NCBI GenBank assembly: GCA_030390025.1
Contig: CM059433.1
Span: 15,006,001-15,070,000 of the forward strand
Direction of reading: 5' to 3'
Origin: Squalus acanthias
Lineage: Eukaryota
DNA: 64,000 bases
This document shows, piece by piece, positions 36,140 through 48,087 of this stretch (position 1 is the first letter of the stretch; the number at the start of each line of letters is the position of its first letter). The notes under the pieces were generated by a model. That model saw only the letters and a program-made list of their open reading frames with translations. It was not told the DNA's origin and searched no databases. Both the position numbers and the translations under genes were made by a program.

Positions 36140-37890
36140 CGCCTCTTCCCTGTGCCTTTGCCTCTCCTAGTGCTCCTATGAGGTGCTTCCCCAGTGGCTG
36201 CAGCATGGGTGGCGGAAGGCTGCTGAAATTCAGTGGAGGAGACTGCAGATGGCCTTGGTGGACGACCTCAAGTAGCTCTGGGCTTAGAAGGACCAGCTTC
36301 AGATTGCACCATCCTGGGTGGCAGCAGTCTGGGCTGGCTGGCCGATAGGCAACAGCAAGGGCACTGGTGGAGTGGCAGGAGAAATGCTGTCATCCTGTTC
36401 CATGGAGCCACTACCACTCACCGAGGGCAGCGCCTCAGCAATCCTGGTAATCTGTTGTTGAACAGATTGCTGGAGTGCTGTGAGGCCCTGGAAGCCCCTT
36501 TGAACAGTGGTATCCAGAGCCACGATGGCAGCAGTCTGAGCTTACAAGGCAGCAGTCTGAGATTTGATGGAAGCTGCTTGTGCTGCAATGGAAGCTGTGA
36601 CATCAGTCATCAGACGCTGCATCGTGCTGGGTTCCACAGGTGTGTTGATGGAGGTGGCCACCTGTTCCATGGTGGAAAAGGTGGGCTCCAAGCTCTGCGC
36701 AAAGCCCTGTGCCAAGTTAGTGCTGGACTCCTCCATCCCCTTGACATTGTATGCAGGATTTCTGGCAAGTTTTTCAGTGCACCAAGCATTTGGTTATGTA
36801 TGCCCATCAGTCTTCTTTTGTAACCTGGCCCATCGAAGTCTTCATCTGAATCCTCTGCAGCAGAACTGGTGTGCGACCTCGCCCTCCAGCAAGCTGGCAC
36901 CTGTGGTATCCTTTCCCCCTGCCCTGGCTCTAAAATACGCCAATGTCAGTCTCTCAGCTGGTGGCTGCAAGTGTAAGATCGAGTGACGGTGTCTCTTCAT
37001 CGTCACTTTCTTCTTTCTCTTTCTCCTCTGGCTGGGAAGGTTCCAGTTCTTGGGTATCGGAAATGAAAAATGGACAAGGGTTAGGTTGTGCAGAGGAGAA
37101 AGTAAGTTTACATCATCTGTAGCTTGTGAGTCAGAAGAGATTGTGGGATGAGGGAGAAGTGGGAAGAGAGAAGGAGGATAAGGTCTCTATGAGACCCTCA
37201 TCATCGATTGCTCCAGCCCCACCAGTGGCCAAGGCCTCAGCAATGCCCCTTCCCATGATGTCTAGCACTGTCTCCTCCATGGGGGTTAAGACGTGCAGGC
37301 ACACTTGTCCTCCTCCAGTTCTTCCTGCTGCCTGCTGTGATACACCATCTTATCCTGCAAGAAAGAGGGGAGCGTGTCAGTGAGTGTCCTGCAATTTGTT
37401 TGGGTGATGTAGCTGTCATGGTTGAATAGCTGCCAGTGTATGTGAGCTGCAAGTTGTGGGTGCGAGGCTTGAAACAGTGCTAAGTGTGTGAGAGTGAGGT
37501 AGAGCATTGAAGGGTTGAGTAATGATTGACAGAGATTGCTGGTAGGTGGATGTAGGTGTATTTAATTGAGCAGTGGATGAGGCTAGTTGTGCAGTTGGTA
37601 GGATATGCCATTTGAAGATGAATTCACTTAACTTGACAACTCGTGTCAGATCATTAAACTTCTTCCTGCACTGCATCCATATTCTTGAGCTATACTCCTG
37701 GCATTGACCTCCACCGCTATTTGTTCCAACTGCCTCCTGAGCATATGTCTGGAGGGCGTCCCCCCCCACCCACCTGTGGATACAGGATGTCCCTCCTTCT
37801 CTCCACCTCTTGCACCAAGGCCTCCAGTGCCTTGTCAGAAAAACTTGGTGCACACTTCTCTCGCAGGTTGAACCTCCTTGACAAAATTCT
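36140..37890 (-). pseudogene. Harbinger Myb/SANT-like gene remnant, three exons
   Basis: WMQCRKKFNDLTRVVK, exon 2 after cttgcag, helical exon 3 (MGIHNQMLGALKNLP..), APSRPRA-type tail. Confidence 0.8.
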
Positions 37891-38529
37891 TCAAAATCAA
37901 TTCTCTTCCTGACACCACTTCCAGCAGCCACAATGCACCTCCAGTTTAAGAGGTGCAGGCTACCTTTAAGTAACGCTAGCCGCTCACGATATCCAGCCCC
38001 CTGCTGATGCGTGCAACCAACGAGCAGCGTGGGTAGCGCTGGCAGCTCGCAGCACTCATGTGACACAGTCGGCAGCACAAATTTAACATTCTGCCTGCAG
38101 CACACTGAACAGGCACGGGTTAATCGGCACCACGATCCCCATGCCTGGTTTCAGGGGCTATCCAATTTAACCCCCATTTTCTCTACATCTACCCAATCAA
38201 ACCCCCTTCATAATTTTAAGGACCTCTTTTAGGTCGACCCTCAGCCTTGTCTTTTCTAGGCAGAAGAGCCCCAACCTGTTCATTCTTTCCTAATTGTTAT
38301 AACCTCTCAGCTCTGATATCATCCTTGCAAACCTTTTTTGCACCTTCTCCAGTGTCTCTATATCCTTTTTGTAATATGGAGACCAGAACTGTACACAGTA
38401 CTCCAAGTGTGGAATATCCACCATACTGCAATCCATTACTAAACGTTCACAGTCGTGAATAAAACGTATTTGAGTGAATAAACCGTTTATGCAGTATGTG
38501 CTTGAACACAGAAGAAGGGCGGCACTGAA

Positions 38530-38645
38530 ATAAAAAGAAAAAAAAAAGACTTGCATTTATATAGCGGAATTCATGACCACCGGACGTCTCAAAGCGCTTT
38601 ACAGCCAATGAAGTACTTTTGGAGTGGAGTCACTGTTGTAATGTA
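38530..38645 (-). mobile_element. DeuSINE/L2-type 3' tail fragment
   Basis: Reverse complement of 30170-30283. Confidence 0.75.
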
Positions 38646-39611
38646 ATAAATAAGGAAACAGCCACTTCAGAGAGTTATTCAAAGCCTCATGTCTCGGGTA
38701 GAAATTAGAATTCTTTTGTTTCCATCACCTAGCTTAGGTTTCTGTGGCGTATAAACATCAGCATGGGCCAGTTGGGCCGAATGGGCCGTTTCTCTGCTGT
38801 GCATTCTATGCAATTATGGAATGGTTGTGGCAGAGCCCTGAGAGCAGACTGCCTGCCCACCTTCTCAATGGGAGATAGCACTTTGCAAAGAAAAACTGAG
38901 GAGAAAAGAAAGCAAATACTTGATGAAAAAATAATTCTTACTTCTGAACGGACTGCGTGTTGTACATTTATTTCTCAGGTTCTGCTTGCATTTCTGAGGA
39001 CTATAATGAAGGATTAAAATCATGCATATATAAACCTTTGAAGGAATGAACTGAAGCAAGGCTGACTGCGTGAACAAAGCAATTCCAATTGTTACCTGTG
39101 ACCTCAGATTATGAGGCTGTATGTGGCATGCTGTGAATGTGCCATTCAGCCATCAGTCTTGTTCAGCCTCAGACACGGGGAAAAATAATTGCTCTTGCTG
39201 GAGTTTCTCTAGCCTGAGCATAATTATTCAGCTTCTAAGATGATGTTGTCAATTTGTCTATTGTTCAGTGTCCGACAGTGAAAATTATTCTACATTATTT
39301 GACAAATGCAGTTAGTCTCTGTCTATTTGAACTCACAGGCCATGTTACCAATGCACTGCATGGAGCAGTATGACCTTTTCCTATAAAATGCTTTCCTATA
39401 GTGTCATCTTACAGCAGCAGGGCACAAGTTGTCATTGCTACTTATTACTGAAACTGTTAACACACTGACATCTTAAAAGGGCTTTCCACAAAACCTCCTT
39501 CCAATATAGTCTAGTTGCATCATGTACTCTAATGTATTCCCACACATAGGATAGACCGCAACACGGCCAAGTGGGTGTCACTGGATGTTCTGCTGACACT
39601 TAAGACACTTA

Positions 39612-39896
39612 GGGGGCAAAATTCAGGTTGCTTTGCGCCTCCTGTTAGCGCCCCAAGAGGCCCGCAGTACCGCGACGTTACATGCCGACGTGCACGGCGC
39701 TGCTGCACATAGCGCCGCGATATTGAACTGGAGCGCCCTAAGAGGGAGGGGGAGCACTTCCATTAGCGCCCCGCCTCCTGCTTGGGGCGCTACCATTGAA
39801 TTTCGGGCACAGAGGGTGCTAACTTTTTCGGGGCACTAAAAGTAGCGCCCTGGCGAAGTTAGCGCCCCAAAGGGGGCGCGACCTAATTTTTCCATC
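39612..39896. mobile_element. Short Harbinger MITE, TTA TSD
   Basis: gggggcaaaatt start, degenerate right TIR, TTA on both sides, TAGCGCC repeats. Confidence 0.7.
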
Positions 39897-40278
39897 TTAA
39901 ACATTACAGTTCCAAGATTCCAGTTGAGGCCCAGGCCGATTCTCGACGGATCTCCAGTTAGGAGTCTGGAAAATGGAGTGAAACGTGGTTCTGCAGGGAT
40001 TCCACTCTATTTTTTTCTATCTTGCTGTTTTTTGGTAAAGGGGGAAAGCAGATCTTCAGCCTGAGAATGAAGTAGGATAAAGCAACCTCTTCAAGTTGAG
40101 GATTAGTATTATCTTTCTTAGTTTGTTTATGTCCACCTAAGAAGGAAGATGAAGAAATATGAATGGATAATAAATATGACATTGCCAGCATCACCCACAC
40201 ACTATTAGCAAATAATAATAAAAAAGAAGTAAAATTATTACTATCCAAATATTTTTTTAACCCACACTAAAAGTTTTT

Positions 40279-41171
40279 TGGGGAAAAATTCAGTTGGTTG
40301 CGCCTCCCGTTAGCGCCTTAAGAGGGCGCTAATGGGGCGCAAAGCATCTAGCACCCAGGCGCGGCAAAGTTTGCGCCGCTCGCAAAATTAACTAGACATT
40401 TTGCGGCGGCGCTAAACACTACCGCCACGATCTCCTGCGCCGGCAGATCATGACGTCACTCGAGTGCGCAACGCCCCGGTATCGCCCCGGAGCGGATATT
40501 GAGTAGCGCCCCCTGCCTTACCACCTGACGCGAGCAACGACAGGTTGAGGGGAGCGTTCTGCAGTCATGAAGGGAAAGGGGGAGCGCTATTTAAAGGTGA
40601 CCGCTTCCTGCCTTTTATTGTTGGTGCCATTTTTGAACTACGCATTCTGAGAGAGAGAGGGAGAGACTTCTGGAGAGATTCAACGCTGTGTGAAGGAGTT
40701 TTGGGTACTGAGCAGCACTTTGCAGGTTCATTTTGATTTGCCATTCCTTGTATCGATTTAGCAGAGACTGTGGGGGCTGCACTCTGAGCTCTTTGCCTGG
40801 TACTCTCCATTGTTCTTTCCAGCACATTTGATGTGCAAGTCTCTCCAGGCCGAGATTCAAGGCTGCAATGAGCAGGATGTGGATGGAGAGCAAGATTAAC
40901 CATCCCCTTTAAGAACTGGCCCGTGCCATTGTGTGTGTGTTCCATTGCTGACTGACATTACATGAGCTTCGCCAGCACTCTGAGGTAGCGCCTCGCTCCT
41001 CCGCCTTTGCGCCTTAAGACAGGTGTGAAGCGCCTGATATAGCGCTGCAATCACCTCCAGGGGCGATTAAAGTCAAGTTTGCAGTCGGTGGCGATAATTA
41101 GCGCCAGGCGCTAATCTTTGCGCCCGGCCGATAATTGCGCCCCAAATGGGGCGATACTGAATTTCTCCCCC
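40279..41171. mobile_element. Internally deleted derivative of the H4 family, inverted relative to H4
   Basis: 40280-40690 matches the reverse complement of H4 28640-29053, and 40960-41171 matches the reverse complement of H4 24906-25130. Confidence 0.9.
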
Positions 41172-41249
41172 TTTGTCTTATTTACAATAATTTTTTTTAT
41201 GGATCACTTCCTTATTGGACCTCTGTGTTTTTTTCCAGCAGACATATCC

Positions 41250-41770
41250 CACACCAGGTCCCACTCACACAGCACCTCGGTCCTCACTGAGCTACATTGG
41301 TTCCCGGTCTCTTAACACCTCAAATTTAAAATGTTCATCCTTGTGTTGGCATCTTTTCATTACCTTGCCCATCCCTATCTCTGGAGCTTCTTCTAGCCCT
41401 ACAACCCCTTCCCCACCCCTACCCACGCCAAACCCTCAATTCCTCTGAATCTGGAGTCTTGTGCCTTCTCCCCTTCCTTCACCCCACCATTGGCAGGTAT
41501 GCCTTCAGCGGCCTCAGCTCTGTGCTCTGGAATTCCCTCCCTAAATCTATCTGCCTTTCCACCTACCGCTCCTCCTTTGAGACCTTCCTTAAAAACCCAC
41601 CTCCATGACGGATAGTGGAGAATTCACCTTAGCACCAATGAGCCTGCTATAAGCAGTGGGGACTGTATCTCCTTGTTTGGTTCGGCATCCATTTTCTGAT
41701 TGTGTCTCTGTGAAGCGCCTTGGCATGTCCTCCTAAATTTTAAGCACTATATCGATACAGGTTGTTCTTC
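41250..41770 (+). mobile_element. Old L2-like LINE 3' fragment
   Basis: VLTELHWFPV, ggaattccctccctaaa and the tail gaagcgccttgg..gcactatat shared with the SINE tails. Confidence 0.65.
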
Positions 41771-41864
41771 TTCTTCTTCCAGATAGAAAGACAGACCTGG
41801 AAAGGAAAAACTTTTTGGAGAGTGGGTCTAACTGGCTTGCTCTTGGAAAGAGCCGGCACAGACT

Positions 41865-42187
41865 TGAAACTGTTTCCAATGACTGAAGGTTCGATAACCA
41901 GAGGGCACCGATTTAAGGTGATTGTCAAAAGAACTGGAGGCGATATGAGGATAAGCTTTTTTACACAACGAGTGGTTAGGATTTGGAATGCACTGCCTGA
42001 TAGGGTGATGGATACAGATGCAATAGTAGCCTTCAAAAGGGAATTGGATAAATACTTGAAGTGGAAAAAATTGCAGGATATGGGGACAGAGCGGGGGAGT
42101 GGGGTTAACTGGATTGCTCTTCGAAAGAGCCGGCACAGACTTGATGGGCCGAATGGCCTCCTTCTGTGCTCTACTATTCTATGATTC
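41865..42187 (+). mobile_element. CR1 3' end
   Basis: ITRGHRFKVI..FFTQRVVRIWNALP; gggccgaatggcctcc..attctatgattc. Confidence 0.88.
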
Positions 42188-42542
42188 AGGCACCATTATT
42201 AAGTAGTTAAGTAGCAGTTAAGTAGTTATTTCAGCCAGTCACAAATGTTTGCTCTACAGACTTGTGACACTATTGAATTATGGTGCTTTGGGATGTGACA
42301 TCCTGATATGTGATGTCCTGAAATGTGTTCCTTTTGATGTGTTATGCCTCACTTTCAGGTGTTGCATTTGCTGGATGGAAATTTTCAATGACATTAAGAA
42401 AGAACTTGCTTTTACATAGCACCTTTCATGCTATTAGGATGTCCCAGACCACTTTGGAATCAATGGATTATTTTTGAACCTTTGTTGTGAGGGCAAACAT
42501 AGCAGTAAACAGTAGAACAGCAAAGATGACTAACACAACAAT

Positions 42543-43286
42543 GGGCCGAAAATTGATCCCGGGACGCGAGAGTACGCACTGCATACTCTCGCGTATTCCC
42601 ACTCCAATTGCCGGTTTTCTGCATGCCCTGCGCATGCGCTGAAAACCGGCAATTGCTCTTCCGAAAAGGGGGCGGGGCCTGGCTGCATCGCGTGCGCGCT
42701 ACAGGCTGCGCGCACGCTGTGCACTTCATGCTTTGGACGCGCAGGTAAGTAGGGAAGATTTTGGAAATGTAAAAAGGAGGAGTAAGACCCGCTTTTAAGA
42801 AGGTAAGTAGTGAATTAAGTATTTTTTTGAATTTTTTTTTACAGGTATATCTTTTTTATAGACTTTAAAGACAGGTAAGTTTATTTTTATAACTTTTTAA
42901 AAGATTTTAAATTTTTTCAAAAATTTAATTTTTTATTTAAAATGGTTAATTTAATTAACTATACTTATTTTATTAATGTGATGGGGTTTTTTTTAAATTT
43001 AATTGAGGTTTAGCTGTTATTTTGGGGGGGTGTAAGATTCATAAGTCTCACAGCCGTGCTGTGAGACTTATGAATGGAAGATGGTGTGCTGCCATTGGCT
43101 CTAACTGAGTCACGTGATCCCACAGCTCGCACGAATTAACTACGCCGCTGGGATACGCAAGCCCAGCACAGCTGATGTCTGGAACATCAATTTCGTGCGA
43201 GCTGGATCAGAAAAAGCATAAGCGAGGTGAGACATCGCGGGGAAGGCTTACCCCCGCGGGAACAGAGCGAGATCAATTTCTGGGCC
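42543..43286 (+). mobile_element. Family M non-autonomous element, AAT TSD
   Basis: gggccgaaaattgatc...gatcaatttctgggcc flanked by AAT/AAT. Confidence 0.88.
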
Positions 43287-43597
43287 AATGTTTTGCTTTG
43301 TAACAATAACAAGCAAAGTCTGATTAATTACAGAATGACTGCATGTTCAGTTGTTCCACAATCAAGTAGATAATTAAACGTTCTTAACGTTTCAGCAATT
43401 TATTAGGTCTATACTTAATTGTTTAGCTGATTTACCATTTTTAATTTTAGTAGCAGCATCAAGCTCTTCAGTTTCTTTTATTCTTTGATAATCACCTCAG
43501 TGACGTTGTCACTCTCCCCTCATCTCCAGATCTAGCATTCGGTTCAACCCAGTTTAGGATTTGTCCTCAGGCAAACATGTGATTCTATTCTGTGTAA

Positions 43598-43745
43598 GTA
43601 AAGACAGACGTGCATTTATACAGCACTTTTCACAACCTCAGGGTGTCGCAAAACGCTTTACAGCCAATTAAGTACTTTTGAAGTGTAGTCATTGTTGTAA
43701 TGTAGGAAACTCAGCAGTCAATTCGCGCACAGCAAGCTCCCACTA
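43598..43745 (-). mobile_element. DeuSINE 3' fragment
   Basis: Reverse complement of 30130-30280. Confidence 0.75.
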
Positions 43746-43934
43746 CTGAGCTATGGCTGGCACCTTTGAAAAATTCACACCTTTTCCTCAATTGCAGTGG
43801 TTAAGCACAATCATTTTTTTGAGATACTCTATTACATACATTATTGAGCAGCCATCAGATAGTCCGATCATTCCATTACTGATTGTTAGACGACCTTTAA
43901 TATGCAAGAGAGCAGTCAGTCTGACTGTTCTCAT

Positions 43935-46150
43935 TTAGTAATGAGTCTGAATTAGTCAATAATCTAATGGTAAGGGAATACCGAGCTAACAGTGACCATA
44001 ATATGATAAAAATTCAATATCAGGTTTGAGAGGGAGAAGGGTGAGTCACGAACCAAGGTTTTAAATTTAGGCAATGCTTACTTTGGAGGGATGAGGCAGG
44101 AATTGACCACAATATACAGTGCAGAACTATTCATGGATAAAACTACTGATGAACAGTGGGAGGTTTTCAAAAAAATATGTTGTAGAATACAAGACCTGTA
44201 CACACCCCTAAAGGGCAAGAGCTCTACATGTGTAAGTAATAACGGTGGTCAACCAAGGAAGCAAGAGATAGCATAAAGCTAAAAGAATGGCGCATACGAA
44301 GGAAAAGAACAATAGGGACCTGTGGACTGGGAGAGATAGAAAGAAAAGCAAAGGGACACTGAGAAAGTGGTAAGAGCTGCAAAAAGGGATACGAGAAAAA
44401 GCTTGTGAGGGATATCAAGGACAAAACTAAAAGCTTTTACGAATATATTAAGAGAAAGAGGGTGGCTAAGAGTAATGGGGGGCCCTTAATGAAAGACGCC
44501 AGAGATATTGTAATTGGAAATCAGGAAATGGAAGACTTACTAAATAGTTACTTTTTATCAGTCTTCATAGTAGAGGTTGAGGATGAAGTACCAACGATCC
44601 AAGGAAAACTAAAAATAAATCAAGGGAGAAAAGTATACATTCAATGCAAGTAAAAAATAGTAATGGAGAAACTGATGAGATTAAAGGTAGACAAATCTCC
44701 AGGACTTGATGGTTTCTAGCCCAGGGTTTTAAAAGAAGTAGGTTACGAAATTGTTGATGTGTTAGTCATGATCTTCCAAAGCTCTCTCGATTCAAGAATT
44801 GTCCCCTTGAATTCAAAAACTGCCAAATTATAGGCCTATTAGTCAAATGTCAGTTGTTGGGAAGTTACTAGAATCTGTTATTAAGAACAGAGTGACTGAG
44901 CATTTGGACAAATATGAGCTGATCAGAGAGAGCCAGCATTGATTTGTAAAGGGTTAATCATGTCTAACGAACCTAGTTAAATATTTTGAATTGTAACAAA
45001 CGTGGTCGATAAGAGACTGTCTATGGATGTTATTTATATGGACTTCCAGAAGGCATTCGATAAGGTTCCACATAAGCGACTATTAACAAAAATGAAAGCA
45101 CATGGAATTCGAGGCAACCTATTAGCTTGGGTAGGGAATTGGTTAGGAGGTAGGAGACAGAGAGTAGGGATAATGGGTATGTACTCCAATTGGAAAGATG
45201 TGACTAGTGGAGTCACCCAATGATCTGTACTGGGGCCTCAGCTTTTCATTATATTTATAACTTGGATGAAGGAATAGAGAGCTGTATCTCTAAGTTTGCT
45301 GACGACGCTAAGTTAGGTGGCACAGTAAATAGTGTAGATGGGAGCAGAAAGTTGCAAAGGGGATAGATTAAATAAGTGGGAAAAACTGTGGCAGATGGAG
45401 TTCAATGTTGGAAAGTGTGAGGTCATCCACTTTGGACCTAGAAAAAATAGATCAGAGTATTTTCAAAATGGCGAGAAGCTAGGAACTGTGGAGGAGCAAA
45501 GAAATTTAGTACAGAAATCACTAAAAGCTAGTGGACAGGTACAAAAGATAATTAATCAGGCTAATGGAGTGTTGGTCTTTATCCCAAGAGGGCTGGAATA
45601 CAAAGGGGAGGAAGTTATGTTACAATTATGTAAAGCTCTGGCTAGACCCCACCTGGAGCACTGTGTTCAGTTCTGGGCACCGCACCTCAGGAAGGATATA
45701 TTGGCCTTGGAGGGGATGCAGGGCAGATTCACCAGAATGATACCGGGGCTAAAAGGGTTAAATTATAACAACACGTTGCTTAGACTAGGTTTGTATTCCC
45801 TTGAGTATAAAGGTTAAGGGATGATTTAATGGAGGTGTTGAAGATGATTAAATAATTTGATAGAGTAGATAGCGAGAAACTATTTTCTCTGGTGAGGGAG
45901 TCCAGAACAAGGGGGCATAATCTTAAAATTAGAAGTAGATCATTCAGGGGTGATGTCAGGAAGCCCTTCTTCACACAAAGCATCATGAAAATCTGGAGCT
46001 CTCTCCCTCAAAAAGCTGTTGAGGCTGGGTCAACTGAACATTTCAAAACTGAGATTAATTGATTTTTGTTAGCCAAGGGTATTAAGGATTATGGAACCAA
46101 GGCAGATAGATGGAGTTAAGATACAGATCAGCCATGATCTAATTGAATGG
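43935..46150 (+). mobile_element. Degenerate CR1 LINE (ORF2 and 3' UTR)
   Basis: SDHNMI, YMDFQKAFDKVPH, WQMEFNVGKC, RPHLEHCVQFWAP. Confidence 0.9.
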
Positions 46151-46876
46151 GAAAACAAGCTGCTATGTTTTCATACATCTTTTCAAACACATGGCTGAAG
46201 ATGTGGACGCCCACTAAGTTACATATGAACAGACAAAAAATAACAGACAAGACCTATTGGCCCATCCAGCCTGTCCCATATAATTGTGATGTCCTGTGCT
46301 TCACAATATATACACTCCCCATCGGCCCAAAAGCCATATAATTTCCCGGGAGAGGATGAAAAGCAGATAAAACCTCAGGCCAATTAGGGAACAAATCTGT
46401 AAAATTCCTCTCTGATCTCCTTAGGTAATCAAAACTAGTCTAGAAGATCACTCTGGCCTTGATTAATGTTATACCATACCTACCTCTTAAACAAGGTGAT
46501 TTCCACCCAGCCAGGAACAGGTCTAGTTCTCGCTTGAAGGAATTCAACAAATCAGCGTTCACTGCACGAGCCAGCAACCTGTTCCACCGCTTCACTTTTC
46601 TCTTGGAAAATAATCACCTCATAGCCTAGTTGTGCGTTTACATTGTGAAGGAATAAGCTATATAACCTATTCAGAAAAATACACTATCTTATGAAAGAAT
46701 TCTGGCCTTATTAAAACATGACAAACTGGGTTTGGAAATTTAGAAACCTAACTATGAAATAGCTATGAAAGCATTCTGGCTATTGAGATAAGACAGTTGT
46801 TGACCCTAAATAAATAACCTTATTGAAACAGAAGGTGAAGGGCTCTGACAGGCTGAACTTTTAGGAATGAAACAAT

Positions 46877-47641
46877 GACCCAGAAATTAGGCTCCCTGGC
46901 TTCCCGCGGGTGCAATGATCATGCGCGTACCTACCTACCGCGCCTGCCGTTGACCTCTGGGCCCACGGAGACTTCAGCTCCTGGGCCTCCTGCAGCTGCC
47001 GGCGCGCAGTGCTTGTGTATCCCAGGGGCGTAGTTAGTGCGATGCATCCCCTGGGATCACGTGGGCCATGGAGAGCCAATGGCAGCAGACCATCTTTCAT
47101 TCATATATTTGACAGGAAGACCTGTCAAATCTATGAATTGAAATCGGCCCCAAAACAACACCTAAACTTCAAATAAATTTTTAAAAAACCATCACATTTT
47201 TAAAATAACTATAAGTTAAATAAATTAACTACTTTAAACAAAAATTTAAATTTTTGACAACATTAAAATACTTTTTAACAGTGCTAAAAATAAACTTACC
47301 TTTCTTTAAAGTATCTAAAAAAGATAAACCTGTTGAAAAATTTTTTAAATTGTAATTAATTAACCACTTACCTTGTTAAAAATGGGTCCTGCGCCTTCTT
47401 TTTAAAAGCGCAGCTTCTTCCATACTTACCTTCCCGGAGAAACCTGAAAAAAAAACTAAGTTCGCTGCGTGCGCGCAGCCTCTCCTGCGCACGCAGTTCA
47501 CCTCTGAACCACTCCCTTCACGAAACCGGAAGTTCCGGTTTCCCGCGCATGCGCAGTGCATGCAGGAAACCGGCACTTCAGGTGGCCTTACGGGTGAGTA
47601 CACAGCGCGTACTCACCCGGCAAGTGCCTAATTTCTGGCCC
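46877..47641 (-). mobile_element. Family M non-autonomous element
   Basis: Close reverse complement of 16319-17083; AAT/ATT flanks. Confidence 0.88.
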
Positions 47642-47711
47642 ATTGGTTCACCCTGGATAAGGTGTTCTAATTTATACTTTGTAAAGAAGCACATAAGATA
47701 AGAAACATCAC

Positions 47712-48087
47712 TTCTCTTCTTCTTAGGCAGTCCCTCGGAACCGAGGATGACTTGCTTCCACTTTCAAAATGAGTTCGCAGGTGACTGATGAGTACAATGT
47801 GGGACCTACAGTCTCTGTCACAGGTGGGGCAGACAGTGGTTGAAGGGGGCGGGTGGGTGGGATGCTTGGGTTGACGTGCGCTCCTTGTGCTGCCTGCGCT
47901 TGGCTTCTGCTTGCTCCCGGCGAAGAGACTCGAGGTATTCGGCGCCCTCCCGGATGCTTCTCCTCCACTTTGTACGGTCTTGGGCCAGGGATTCGCAGGT
48001 GTCAGTGGGGATGTTACACTTTTTCAAGGAATCTTTGAGGGTGTCCTTGAAGCATTTCCTCTACCCACCTGGGGCTCTCTTGCCGTG
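47712..48087 (-). mobile_element. RTE-clade LINE 3' end
   Basis: KDTLKDSLKKCNI..ESLAQDRTKWRRSIREG, a C-terminal CxxC..H..H remnant and an (AAG)n tail. Confidence 0.88.

Larger units (their letters stand above)
34250..38175. mobile_element. Full-length but degenerate Harbinger (H5), ATT TSD
   Basis: TIRs GGGGGTTAAAT / ATTTAACCCCC with ATT on both sides; transposase (+) and Myb (-) convergent. Confidence 0.92.
33950..38412 (-). mobile_element. CR1 3' fragment (33950-34249 and 38176-38412) split by H5
   Basis: RNVFTQRVIRMWNSLP on the left and HLEYCVQFWSP on the right; rejoins as ggaaacATTttctctac. Confidence 0.85.
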
